Below, in pieces: positions 8,815 through 17,617 of a stretch of DNA of 64,000 nucleotides. Numbering within the stretch: the first letter of the stretch is position 1; every line of letters begins with the position of its first letter. Below the pieces are notes generated by a model. The model worked only from the letters and a program-made list of their open reading frames with translations, had not been told where the DNA came from and made no database searches. The DNA comes from a phage. Location of the stretch: the NCBI GenBank assembly GCA_018509705.1, contig GCA_018509705.1_3630.1. One strand, given 5' to 3'. The translations under genes were made by a program, and so were the position numbers.

Positions 8815-9123
8815 ATGCTTAAAATTTTTATTGTTGAAGATAAAGATATTGTCCAGTTGTATGCAAACGAGAATCATAAAGGTATGATTCTGAAGAAGGC
8901 AAGCAACCTTCATGAAAACACAATTCAACCTGGCGATGTAATTAAGATCTGTGGTTATATGATACCAGACTCCTTGATGAAAATAACCCACCACTGGGGG
9001 TCTAATCCGTTCCTTTTTGAAAAGTATTGGGATGTTGAGTCACTTATTGCAGAGAGTGATGATGCATTCCATTACAGCATCCAACCATCTTGCAGAATAA
9101 CTAACAGGAGGGTCTTTGAGTAG
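8815..9123 (+). CDS. Hypothetical protein
   Basis: 102-aa ORF downstream of promoter with AGGAG RBS. Confidence 0.45.
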   Translation: MLKIFIVEDKDIVQLYANENHKGMILKKASNLHENTIQPGDVIKICGYMIPDSLMKITHHWGSNPFLFEKYWDVESLIAESDDAFHYSIQPSCRITNRRVFE

Positions 9124-10255
9124 AGAATATCCACTTATTGAGTCCATAGATTGTCTGGCTGATCTTCTTGAACCTGACGCTATAGTTTATTATGACTTCG
9201 ATCAGGTTGCATATCAAGCTGCAGCAAGTTGTGAAAAAAGGACAATTGAGGTAACACACAAAGCCTCCGGACGTAAGAAGATGTTTAAAACACGAACAGA
9301 GTTCTGGGGGCGGCAGAAGAACACCGTTGGTGGTTGGTTAAAAGCTGAGAATACCAACCGTGAAGCTGCATGTAAAAAGGCTGGCAAGGAGTTTATTCCG
9401 TGGACACGAGAAGATTTCGATGTCTTGGATATCCAAACCCCTGATCCTGTAGAGAACTGCTTGCACACAATTAAGTGTAAAGCTAATGCAGTCCTTAATT
9501 ATCTCGGTATTCCGGAAGATCGGTGCGTGGGGGTACTTGGAGGCACAGGTAATTTCAGACTAGATCTTCCCATGCCGGAAAGATATAAAGCCAACCGTAA
9601 CAATACTCTTCGACCACTGCTGCTTGGAGATGCAAGACAGTATCTCCAAAAGCAGTATAATGCTCAAGTGATCAACGGTATCGAGGCTGACGACTGGTTA
9701 GCTATCCAGCAATTTGAAGGTTGGAATCACTACCAAAAAACAGGTAAGTTCAACAAGTTTATTATCTCTATTGATAAGGACCAAAGAACACTACCGGGGC
9801 TTGTGTTCGATCCCATGCGAAACGATAAGGGAGATTTTGTAAGAGAAACCCCTATGCTGATCGATAACGGTATGGGGAACATCTTCATGAAGCCTAATGG
9901 AGAGGTTGGTGGTTACGGAATGCTGTTCTTCGGATACCAAATGCTGTGTGGTGACTCTGCTGACAACATCAAGCCGTATCAGGGACTTATCGGTAAGGGT
10001 AAGTTCGGAGATGCCTCAGCATTCTACCTACTGTCTCAGTGCAGCACTCCAAAGGAGATGTGGATGGCTATTATTGATCAGTACAAGAAGTGGTTCCCGA
10101 AAGGTGTTGTTAAGTATACTGACTTCAATGGTATTGATCGTAGAATTTCCGTAGGTCAATGGATGAGTATAATTTTTGACTGTTTGTATATGAAGCGAAC
10201 ATTCAATGATCAAACAAAACTTGTTAACGTTCTTAGAAATGTTGGAGCAATTTGA
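9116..10255 (+). CDS. 5'-3' exonuclease / flap endonuclease-like (RNase H-like)
   Basis: GIEADDWLA matches the GxEADD motif of FEN/5' nucleases; TTG start with AGGAGG RBS. Confidence 0.5.
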   Translation: MSREYPLIESIDCLADLLEPDAIVYYDFDQVAYQAAASCEKRTIEVTHKASGRKKMFKTRTEFWGRQKNTVGGWLKAENTNREAACKKAGKEFIPWTREDFDVLDIQTPDPVENCLHTIKCKANAVLNYLGIPEDRCVGVLGGTGNFRLDLPMPERYKANRNNTLRPLLLGDARQYLQKQYNAQVINGIEADDWLAIQQFEGWNHYQKTGKFNKFIISIDKDQRTLPGLVFDPMRNDKGDFVRETPMLIDNGMGNIFMKPNGEVGGYGMLFFGYQMLCGDSADNIKPYQGLIGKGKFGDASAFYLLSQCSTPKEMWMAIIDQYKKWFPKGVVKYTDFNGIDRRISVGQWMSIIFDCLYMKRTFNDQTKLVNVLRNVGAI

Positions 10256-10587
10256 TGACTAAAAATTCTGTAGATAACGCAATTATGGAAGCTGTTTTTG
10301 AGGATGATCACACAACAGGGACACTTAAAACAAAAAATACATTCGTTGTTGCCACAGGTATGTGGCGGTTGTATGAAGATGACACCATTTCATACATCCT
10401 GTACACGGATGATTACGCAGATGACCGTGTATGGTCTGCTGTTTTAAAAGAGGATTGTGAGCTGATTGAGGGCGAGCGGTTATGCATGTTCACCAGTGTG
10501 GAAACAGATGTTAAGCTTTGCTCTCTCGTATTGTTCAAAGATAAGGCTTATGCTCCTGATGAAGGAGAGGAGGATGAGGAAGCATGA
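10252..10587 (+). CDS. Hypothetical protein
   Basis: 111-aa ORF, acidic C-terminus. Confidence 0.4.
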   Translation: MMTKNSVDNAIMEAVFEDDHTTGTLKTKNTFVVATGMWRLYEDDTISYILYTDDYADDRVWSAVLKEDCELIEGERLCMFTSVETDVKLCSLVLFKDKAYAPDEGEEDEEA

Positions 10588-11213
10588 GAGAGCGTCTATT
10601 ATCCATAGACCAGTCGTTGACACACACAGCTTGCGTTGTATGGGACGATGGAAAGCCTGTTCATAAGGTTGTGTTACGAACTCAAAGCTCATCTGCAAAA
10701 GAGAAGAAACCAGGGACGGTTTCTTTTGCAACAGCTGCTGAGCGTATTGACTGGATCTGCAAACAGGTCAGATATTATATCCACACGCACGGCGTTGACA
10801 CCGTAGTTATGGAAGGGCTTTCCTTTGGATCACGCGGGGATGCCACACGTGAACTGGCTGGGTTGTTTTACGGTCTTGAAGTTATGCTTTGGGATGCCTT
10901 AGCTGATTGTGAAAATGACGGCCTGTTTAAGGTCCACACAGTGACACCAACAACTGCCAAAAAGTTTGCTCGTAGTCATCTTCCTGAGGAACTTGCTTTC
11001 GAGGAGAAGAAAAAGCTTGACAAAAAGACAGGTAAAGAGCATACTGTGAAGAAACCTGTTACGATGGATAAAAAGTTGATGGTTAAGGCCTGCGAAGTAT
11101 CTGAACCTGGGTTCCTAGATGGGGTCAATTTGGTACAAGGTAAGGCCGATCTCGCAGATGCTTATTGGATAGGCAGGGCGCATCTGGAGGGATTATCGCA
11201 AAGCGTAAAATAA
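10584..11213 (+). CDS. RuvC-like Holliday junction resolvase (putative)
   Basis: N-terminal LSIDQSLTHTACVV and VVMEGL resemble RuvC-fold motifs. Confidence 0.4.
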   Translation: MRERLLSIDQSLTHTACVVWDDGKPVHKVVLRTQSSSAKEKKPGTVSFATAAERIDWICKQVRYYIHTHGVDTVVMEGLSFGSRGDATRELAGLFYGLEVMLWDALADCENDGLFKVHTVTPTTAKKFARSHLPEELAFEEKKKLDKKTGKEHTVKKPVTMDKKLMVKACEVSEPGFLDGVNLVQGKADLADAYWIGRAHLEGLSQSVK

Positions 11214-11770
11214 GAAAGAAAGCTGTCAAAGCCCCCGTTCATAACGGGTGGTTAAAAGATTCTAAGGACATAGCCAACTTTCGAAAAGAATTGTCAGAGG
11301 AGCAGGATGGTCTTGATCCGATCTTGTGCGAGCCACTTCGTAAGCCTTGTTTGGATCATGACCATCTGACTGGTCGTTGCAGGGGTGTTTTGTCACAATG
11401 CACTAATACCTTTGAGGGGTATGTGCTTAAATACTGGATGAAATACTGTAACGAGTATACAGATTGCAGTTTATCAGAGGCGTTGCGCCGGATGGCTGAC
11501 TATTTGGAGAAAGACTACAGCGACTTCCCGCTCCACAAAAACTACAGAGATGATATGACAAAGTTCTTGAGGAGATGCTCTAAAGCTACGATCATTGCAC
11601 GAGCAGAATCAGATCTCAATATTGTCATTAATCCAGAGTGCACCAAGCATGAGGCTATTGAGTTCTACATGCAAGAGTTTATAAAGAAAACTGAGGAGAG
11701 AGATTTCTATGGGGATGAAAAAGGTATTCAATCCTTGCGACTCAGTCCTGATCAGGATGAAATACCGTAA
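11165..11770 (+). CDS. Recombination endonuclease VII
   Basis: LDHDHLTGRCRGVLSQCTN matches T4 gp49 motif DHDHxxGxxRGxLCxxCN; start uncertain (TTG, overlaps upstream gene). Confidence 0.8.
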   Translation: MDRQGASGGIIAKRKIRKKAVKAPVHNGWLKDSKDIANFRKELSEEQDGLDPILCEPLRKPCLDHDHLTGRCRGVLSQCTNTFEGYVLKYWMKYCNEYTDCSLSEALRRMADYLEKDYSDFPLHKNYRDDMTKFLRRCSKATIIARAESDLNIVINPECTKHEAIEFYMQEFIKKTEERDFYGDEKGIQSLRLSPDQDEIP

Positions 11771-11942
11771 CTGGAAAGGTGTTGTTGCAGATCGCTGCGT
11801 TACTGAGCCTAATTTATGGTTTGGCTCTACAGAGTATCATAAAGAAGAGCAGTGGTTGATGCGTGCCTTCGATGTAGACAAGGGCGAATATCGTGACTTC
11901 GCTTTAAAAGACATTCTTCAGTTTTACTAAGGAATCTTAACG

Positions 11943-12926
11943 ATGATGACAAAGTTAACTCTTGAGCAAATTTTAACACTAAAGCAACAGGGATACACTA
12001 ATAGACAAATTGCTCGTGAATTTTTAGGCCGTGAGTCACGTGAGAGCTGGATCCGACTACAGCTTAAACGTGCACAAGAGAATATGTCAGAGATTGTAGG
12101 AGAAGCAACGGAGCGCTTCCTTGAAGAGCACAAAGGTGCTAAAGTTTGGGTGTATGATACAGAAACATCCCCAACAAACGGCTGGTTCTTTGGGCACTAT
12201 AAGACCAACATTCAAACCTGTGGTATTGAAGTTATGCCCTATATGCTAACTTTCGCAGGTAAGTGGTTAGACAGCCCTAGTGTGGTTGACTGCGCTCTTC
12301 CCGATTACAAAATGTGGGATGAGGATATTCACAATGATCTCGAATTGATTCAGGATTTGTGGTATTATCTGGATAAATGTGATGTCGCAGTAGCCCACAA
12401 TTCAGGTTTTGACTGTGGGTGGGCCAACCAACGATTTGCATTTCACGGGTTGCCTCCAACAAGCCCCTACAAAGAGGTTGACACCCTTAAAATGATCAAG
12501 AAGGCATTCCGTTTGAATGCAAACACTTTGGAGTATGCATGCAAATACTTCCAACTTGCCCGACAGAAACTAATTGACCACACATTTGAAATGTGGATCA
12601 AGTGTGTTCACGGTGATCTTGAGGCGTTTAAACAGATGCGGGAGTACAATGTTGGTGATATCCTATCTCTGGAAGGCCTGTATTTGCTGGCTCGACCGTT
12701 TGCTAAGCAGCACCCCAACATGTCATTGTACTACCAGGACGAGGAGCCAAAAGTTCGTTGCCCACGCTGTGGTGGAGAACACCTTCACGAGGAAGAAGCT
12801 TTGGCGTATACTCAATTGAGTGCATTTAAAACATACCGCTGCGAAGGTTGTGGATCTGTTGTTCGTGATCGTAACAACATCCGTACCAGAGAAGAAATGA
12901 AAAACACCCTGATTCAGATAATCTAA
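11943..12926 (+). CDS. DnaQ-like 3'-5' exonuclease with N-terminal HTH and C-terminal zinc ribbon
   Basis: Exo I VYDTETSP, Exo II AHNSGFD, Exo III YNVGDI; CPRCG...CEGCG. Confidence 0.6.
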   Translation: MMTKLTLEQILTLKQQGYTNRQIAREFLGRESRESWIRLQLKRAQENMSEIVGEATERFLEEHKGAKVWVYDTETSPTNGWFFGHYKTNIQTCGIEVMPYMLTFAGKWLDSPSVVDCALPDYKMWDEDIHNDLELIQDLWYYLDKCDVAVAHNSGFDCGWANQRFAFHGLPPTSPYKEVDTLKMIKKAFRLNANTLEYACKYFQLARQKLIDHTFEMWIKCVHGDLEAFKQMREYNVGDILSLEGLYLLARPFAKQHPNMSLYYQDEEPKVRCPRCGGEHLHEEEALAYTQLSAFKTYRCEGCGSVVRDRNNIRTREEMKNTLIQII

Positions 12927-12941
12927 CAATTATAGGGAGGC

Positions 12942-13778
12942 TTGCGCCTCCCTTTTCCTTTTGGAGGCACTTTGAGCAAGAAAGAGTCCAACGACAAATA
13001 TTACACAAACCCTGAGTATGCAGAATATCTTGTTGGTAAAGTAAAAGATAAGTATGGGAATTGTGCATACGTTGAGCCTTCTGCTGGAAGGGGTTCTTTT
13101 TCAAAACTATTTTCAGAGATACTGTCGTACGATTTAGTACCAGATCCTGAATTTGAAGGACCAACACCGTGCATTCAGGCAAACTTCTTGGAGGTGCATC
13201 CCAAGGCAGATGTCTTCATAGGTAACCCACCATTTGGCAAGAATTCATCCTTAGCTTGCAAATTCTTTAACCATTGTGCATCATTGCTAGAGATTGGAGG
13301 AGCTATAGCCTTCATCTTGCCACGGACATTTGAAAAAATATTTTTTGCAAACAAACTGGACATGTCGATGCATCTTGTCTACAGCGAAAGGTGCCCTAAG
13401 AACTCGTTTTTACTTAATGGCAAACCTTATGACGTGCCATGTGTTTTCCAAATTTGGGAGAAAAAGGCGTGCAATAGGGATCCTGTAGAGGTTGGAGAGA
13501 ATAAGTTATTTTCTTTTAGCACACCAGATGACTACGACTTCTGTGTAAGACGTGTTGGGTATAATGCTGGAAAAGTACTGGGGGATGATGATCCAAAATC
13601 TGAAGAATCTACATATTTCATAAAATCTTTAGTTGACGGTGTTGACAGAGTGTTTGCTGAATGCTATTCTTCTTTTCAAGAAGAAGCAGGTAAGACTGCT
13701 GGAATGAAGAGTATAGGCAAGAAAGAACTACAATACATTTTGGAGACCAGGTATGATCAAAAGCATAGATTTGACTAA
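12942..13778 (+). CDS. DNA N6-adenine methyltransferase
   Basis: Motif I-like EPSAGRGSF and motif IV FIGNPPFG. Confidence 0.7.
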   Translation: MRLPFPFGGTLSKKESNDKYYTNPEYAEYLVGKVKDKYGNCAYVEPSAGRGSFSKLFSEILSYDLVPDPEFEGPTPCIQANFLEVHPKADVFIGNPPFGKNSSLACKFFNHCASLLEIGGAIAFILPRTFEKIFFANKLDMSMHLVYSERCPKNSFLLNGKPYDVPCVFQIWEKKACNRDPVEVGENKLFSFSTPDDYDFCVRRVGYNAGKVLGDDDPKSEESTYFIKSLVDGVDRVFAECYSSFQEEAGKTAGMKSIGKKELQYILETRYDQKHRFD

Positions 13779-14211
13779 AGAACTTACTGATGCAAAAGCT
13801 TTTGGTGAGACAGCGGTACAAAGGGGGCAGGCGATGGGACTGGCACTACCTTTCGTCTTAAAAGAGCACTTTACCGATTTTCAACTTATCAAGGGTGATA
13901 AGGGAATGCTTATCCTGGAGCATAAGTTGAGTAAGAAACGCTATAAAGTTGTTTTTAATTCTAAAGCTCCAACAAAACTGGGATTCAGAACTTACAATCT
14001 TAACCCATCCTACACTAAGGGTGTTGGAAGGGTAGAACAACAGCATTTCAGTGCCAGAGCTTCTTTAGCCCCTTTGATGCTAAATTTCTCAGGGGTGGCT
14101 TTAGGATACCTTGATAAGAAAAGAGTTCTTCATGTCCGTTTCACAGACTTTGTAACGCTTTTAGCTAACAACGAGGTTGATGAAAAGGGACGTGTAAAAA
14201 CAAACTTCTAA
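13753..14211 (+). CDS. Hypothetical protein
   Basis: 152-aa ORF directly after methyltransferase. Confidence 0.4.
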   Translation: MIKSIDLTKELTDAKAFGETAVQRGQAMGLALPFVLKEHFTDFQLIKGDKGMLILEHKLSKKRYKVVFNSKAPTKLGFRTYNLNPSYTKGVGRVEQQHFSARASLAPLMLNFSGVALGYLDKKRVLHVRFTDFVTLLANNEVDEKGRVKTNF

Positions 14212-14226
14212 TAACGCATAGTATGA

Positions 14227-14430
14227 TTGGAGGCCACAATGACACTAAAGTTAACAATTCCAGACAGCTTTTCAGAAAACTTTATCCCAGAAATGATGGG
14301 TAAGATGCGATCATTGCTTGATCAGATTGAGGAAGCTGTTTGGGAAGACGATGCTGTAGTGGCTAACGAGCTGGTAGATAAGTGTAAAAGTATTATTGAT
14401 GCAGTTGAAGAATACCACGGAGGTTTTTGA
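14227..14430 (+). CDS. Hypothetical protein
   Basis: 67-aa acidic ORF with GGAGG RBS. Confidence 0.4.
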   Translation: MEATMTLKLTIPDSFSENFIPEMMGKMRSLLDQIEEAVWEDDAVVANELVDKCKSIIDAVEEYHGGF

Positions 14431-15044
14431 TGGATATTATTGTTCTTAACGCCCCACCTAGCAGTGGCAAGGATCACATTGCAGATCTCTTGTTGGAAGC
14501 TATTCCTAACTCACACCACCGTGAGGTTAAGGAAATGCTCTTCAGTGTGGCAATTAAGGCAGCTGGTGTAACCCCTCAACTCTGGAGTGCACTTTATGAC
14601 CGCCACTACAAGGAAGAGCCTTGCCCTTTCTTAATGATGGACGGCAAGCATGTTTCTCCGCGAGAATGGATGATCCATTGTAGTGAAAATCTGATTAAAC
14701 CTATCTTTGGTGAAGATGCTTTCGGTAAAGCCGCAGTCGCATCTTTGAAGAAAGATTTCCCTGAAGGTAAAGGGGTTGTTGTTTACTCCGATGGTGGATT
14801 CAAAGAGGAGCTGGCATGCCTTAGTGAGTACGCATACAGCACAGGTGGAGATCTGTTGTTGTTCCGTATTCACCGTGTCGGATATGACTGGGGAAATGAT
14901 TCCAGAACCTATCTAAGTCTGGAAAAGAACGGAATAAAAGGGATTGAGTTTGATGTTGTAAACCCTGAAGGTGCACCTTGGGAATGTGCATCGGAGATTG
15001 TGTGCAAGTATATTGATGCTAAAGAGGCCCAAGAAGAATGTTAA
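14427..15044 (+). CDS. dNMP kinase-like P-loop kinase (putative)
   Basis: N-terminal IIVLNAPPSSGKDHIADLL resembles T4 gene 1 dNMP kinase N-terminus. Confidence 0.4.
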   Translation: MMDIIVLNAPPSSGKDHIADLLLEAIPNSHHREVKEMLFSVAIKAAGVTPQLWSALYDRHYKEEPCPFLMMDGKHVSPREWMIHCSENLIKPIFGEDAFGKAAVASLKKDFPEGKGVVVYSDGGFKEELACLSEYAYSTGGDLLLFRIHRVGYDWGNDSRTYLSLEKNGIKGIEFDVVNPEGAPWECASEIVCKYIDAKEAQEEC

Positions 15045-15631
15045 TCGGAATTGATGTAGATTTGACACTGGTAGATTCAGGAACAGCATGGTGGGAGTGG
15101 TTGGAGCGTTTGTATGGTCCAGCCAGTAAGACAGTCGCTAAACCTTCTAACGGGCTGATGTATTACGATCTGTCAAAGTATTGGCCTGATCGCCCCAAAG
15201 AAAACATCATAGGGCCTTTTGATTTCTGGAGTGACCCGTTCCTTTACGACTTTCTTAAGCCTGAAGAGGGGGCTATTGAGGTTATGAAAGATTTGGTGGC
15301 TCGTGGTCACAAGCTTGCGTTTATCTCGGTATGCAAGAAAGGTCACCTTGCATCTAAATCAAGGTTCTTAAAGCGTTGGACCAGTGATTTTATGGATCTG
15401 GACGATCACACCCAGGGCCACGGATTCTACGCCACACATTTCAAAGGGAATGTGGCTGTAGATGTTATAATTGACGACAGGCATGAATACCTGAACCAAT
15501 TCGCTTCACGACCTGAAGTTATTAAAATCCTAAAAGATACGCCTTATGAGCAATTCGAGGAGTTAAAGGTCAGTATTGACTATACCGCTAATAGCTGGTA
15601 TAAAATAGGAAAGTTTTTAGAAGGTATTTGA
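15038..15631 (+). CDS. HAD-superfamily phosphatase (5'-nucleotidase-like)
   Basis: N-terminal IGIDVDLTL (DxDxT motif I). Confidence 0.5.
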   Translation: MLIGIDVDLTLVDSGTAWWEWLERLYGPASKTVAKPSNGLMYYDLSKYWPDRPKENIIGPFDFWSDPFLYDFLKPEEGAIEVMKDLVARGHKLAFISVCKKGHLASKSRFLKRWTSDFMDLDDHTQGHGFYATHFKGNVAVDVIIDDRHEYLNQFASRPEVIKILKDTPYEQFEELKVSIDYTANSWYKIGKFLEGI

Positions 15632-15632
15632 A

Positions 15633-15833
15633 ATGGGCAGATGTTCTAAAGGTGGCGATCCTGTAGTCAGATACGGAGACTGGCTAGAGGTATATAATCT
15701 GGAGGGAAAGCTAGTGTATGCTTCCAGGATCACCCAGGATATGTGCTCTGATATGTTTAACAGGTACCTTGCATTTAAGGCCAACATAAACCCAGACGAA
15801 ATTTCCAAAATTAAAACAAGGAGAGCTAAATAA
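15633..15833 (+). CDS. Hypothetical protein
   Basis: 66-aa ORF. Confidence 0.35.
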   Translation: MGRCSKGGDPVVRYGDWLEVYNLEGKLVYASRITQDMCSDMFNRYLAFKANINPDEISKIKTRRAK

Positions 15834-16816
15834 TGCTAAAACTGTGCACTGCAAAGATTATTGCTGACAGCATTTCCGAGAAAGGTAAGTGTATAACCAC
15901 TTTTGAGCTAGAGTATCCTAGAATCATTCACTCTGAACTCATGACACACCGAGTTTTCAGCAGAAACGCCATGTCCTCTCGTGCAGTACCTGTTAACAAA
16001 ATGCTGCAGCAGGTTATGGAAAATCCTGCAATGCCAGTTCGTTTTGGTGTAAACCAGCGAGGTATGGAGGATGGTGGCGATCACGATCAGAAGATCCGTG
16101 TAGAGTATACTGATCTTGAGTTCTCTCCTGAAGAGTTCTGGAAAGAAGCTGCCAAAAATGCAGCCTGGCACGCTGAGAAGTTTGCTCTTGCTGGATACCA
16201 TAAGCAGGTGTGTAACCGCTTAGTAGAGCCGTTTCAGCGCATGAAAACAGTTGTAACAAGCACCGAGTGGAATAATTTTTTCCACCTCCGTTGCTGGCAC
16301 GATGCAGATCCTACGATTCAGATGTTGGCTAATTGTATGTGGGAGGCTATGACTAATAGCACTCCTGAAATCCTTAAACCTGGTCAATGGCACACCCCAT
16401 ATGTAGAGCACATTTATTTGGACGGTGAGTTTAACTATGCTGTACGGGATGCAGAAGGAAAGCTCTGCGTTCTCAATACTGAAGAAGCTCTATCTATTAG
16501 TGCGAGCTGTTGTGCACAAGTATCTTATCGCAATATTGACAGCACGTTTGAAAAGGCAGACAATGTGGCTAAAAAATTGATTGGTGGGGATCGTATTCAT
16601 GCAAGCCCTTACGAGCACCAGGCAACACCTATGGATCACGATAACGCAATGGAACGTTTAAACTACTACCTGTCTTCATGTGAGATCACACAAGACATCA
16701 GTACTTGGCAGGAAGGTGTAACCCATCAAGACCGTGATGGTAAATTCTGGTCTGCTAACTTTTGTGGGTGGGTTCAGCACAGACAACTGCTTAATAACCA
16801 CTTCGTGAAAGGTTAA
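15833..16816 (+). CDS. thyX: ThyX-family flavin-dependent thymidylate synthase (or related pyrimidine-modifying enzyme)
   Basis: MTHRVFSRNAMSSR fits the ThyX signature RHRxxSxNxxSxR with T for first R; protein is longer (327 aa) than typical ThyX. Confidence 0.55.
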   Translation: MLKLCTAKIIADSISEKGKCITTFELEYPRIIHSELMTHRVFSRNAMSSRAVPVNKMLQQVMENPAMPVRFGVNQRGMEDGGDHDQKIRVEYTDLEFSPEEFWKEAAKNAAWHAEKFALAGYHKQVCNRLVEPFQRMKTVVTSTEWNNFFHLRCWHDADPTIQMLANCMWEAMTNSTPEILKPGQWHTPYVEHIYLDGEFNYAVRDAEGKLCVLNTEEALSISASCCAQVSYRNIDSTFEKADNVAKKLIGGDRIHASPYEHQATPMDHDNAMERLNYYLSSCEITQDISTWQEGVTHQDRDGKFWSANFCGWVQHRQLLNNHFVKG

Positions 16817-16845
16817 TCCTATCACAGCGATAGGTAACTTTTGTG

Positions 16846-16874
16846 TTGACTAATAGTATTAGATAATCTATAAT
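16846..16874 (+). promoter_or_regulatory. Sigma70-type promoter (TTGACT-17-TATAAT)
   Basis: Near-perfect consensus read directly. Confidence 0.65.
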
Positions 16875-16875
16875 A

Positions 16876-17376
16876 ATGGCTCACTTTGTTAGTGAGCCAG
16901 AAATGGAGACAGATATGAGTAATGTTATGATTCCTAAAAAGACATTTATTTCAGTTACTTTGGATTTCCTATCTACCGTTCCCGGGTTTAACGTTCGCAC
17001 ACGAAACGGTCTCCGAGCTGCACTCTTTGCCGTAGGGTTTGATTTAAAAAGTATTGATGTTCTTCGTGGAAAAAACGTTCGATGCAAAAATAAGCCAACA
17101 CATTATCGAAAGGCAGATGTATTTGCTGGTGTTATGCGTGCAGACTTTAGATACCCGCAAATGTATAACGGTGTAGATATTTTAGATGTAGATAAAGCAC
17201 CTGGTGAGGCAATGCTTGTTCAAGATCTTCCGTATGATATTCCTGTAGAGGATCGTGTTAATGTAAGAAAGTATACAAAACAATCTGAAAAGGCTGAAGA
17301 TATTCATATTGTTGATGAACCTTTCAATTTTGAAGATCTGCATCGCCTGGAAAAATTATTCGGTATTGAAAGCTAA
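16876..17376 (+). CDS. Hypothetical protein (start probably downstream, near 16915)
   Basis: 166-aa ORF; ORF begins immediately after -10 box so true start is likely a later Met. Confidence 0.4.
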   Translation: MAHFVSEPEMETDMSNVMIPKKTFISVTLDFLSTVPGFNVRTRNGLRAALFAVGFDLKSIDVLRGKNVRCKNKPTHYRKADVFAGVMRADFRYPQMYNGVDILDVDKAPGEAMLVQDLPYDIPVEDRVNVRKYTKQSEKAEDIHIVDEPFNFEDLHRLEKLFGIES

Positions 17377-17386
17377 GGTGGTGAAG

Positions 17387-17617
17387 ATGAGTCATAACTC
17401 CAAGTGGAAGGATCTTGGTTTTGCAAGTCGGGCAGAATATGTTGGTTGGCTTTGGTTCAACGGTCTGACAAACGATATTAAAATGTATGATGATGTTTAT
17501 TATGACGAGTATACAGGTAAAATTATAAATATCTCTGTAGAAGAGGATACCTTTATCCAGCAAGATACTGATACCTGCCTTGATAAATACGTTAATGAAG
17601 TGGAGGAAGCAAATTGA
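17387..17617 (+). CDS. Hypothetical protein
   Basis: Internal ATG with AAGGTGGTG RBS; track ORF 17309 overlaps upstream gene. Confidence 0.4.
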   Translation: MSHNSKWKDLGFASRAEYVGWLWFNGLTNDIKMYDDVYYDEYTGKIINISVEEDTFIQQDTDTCLDKYVNEVEEAN

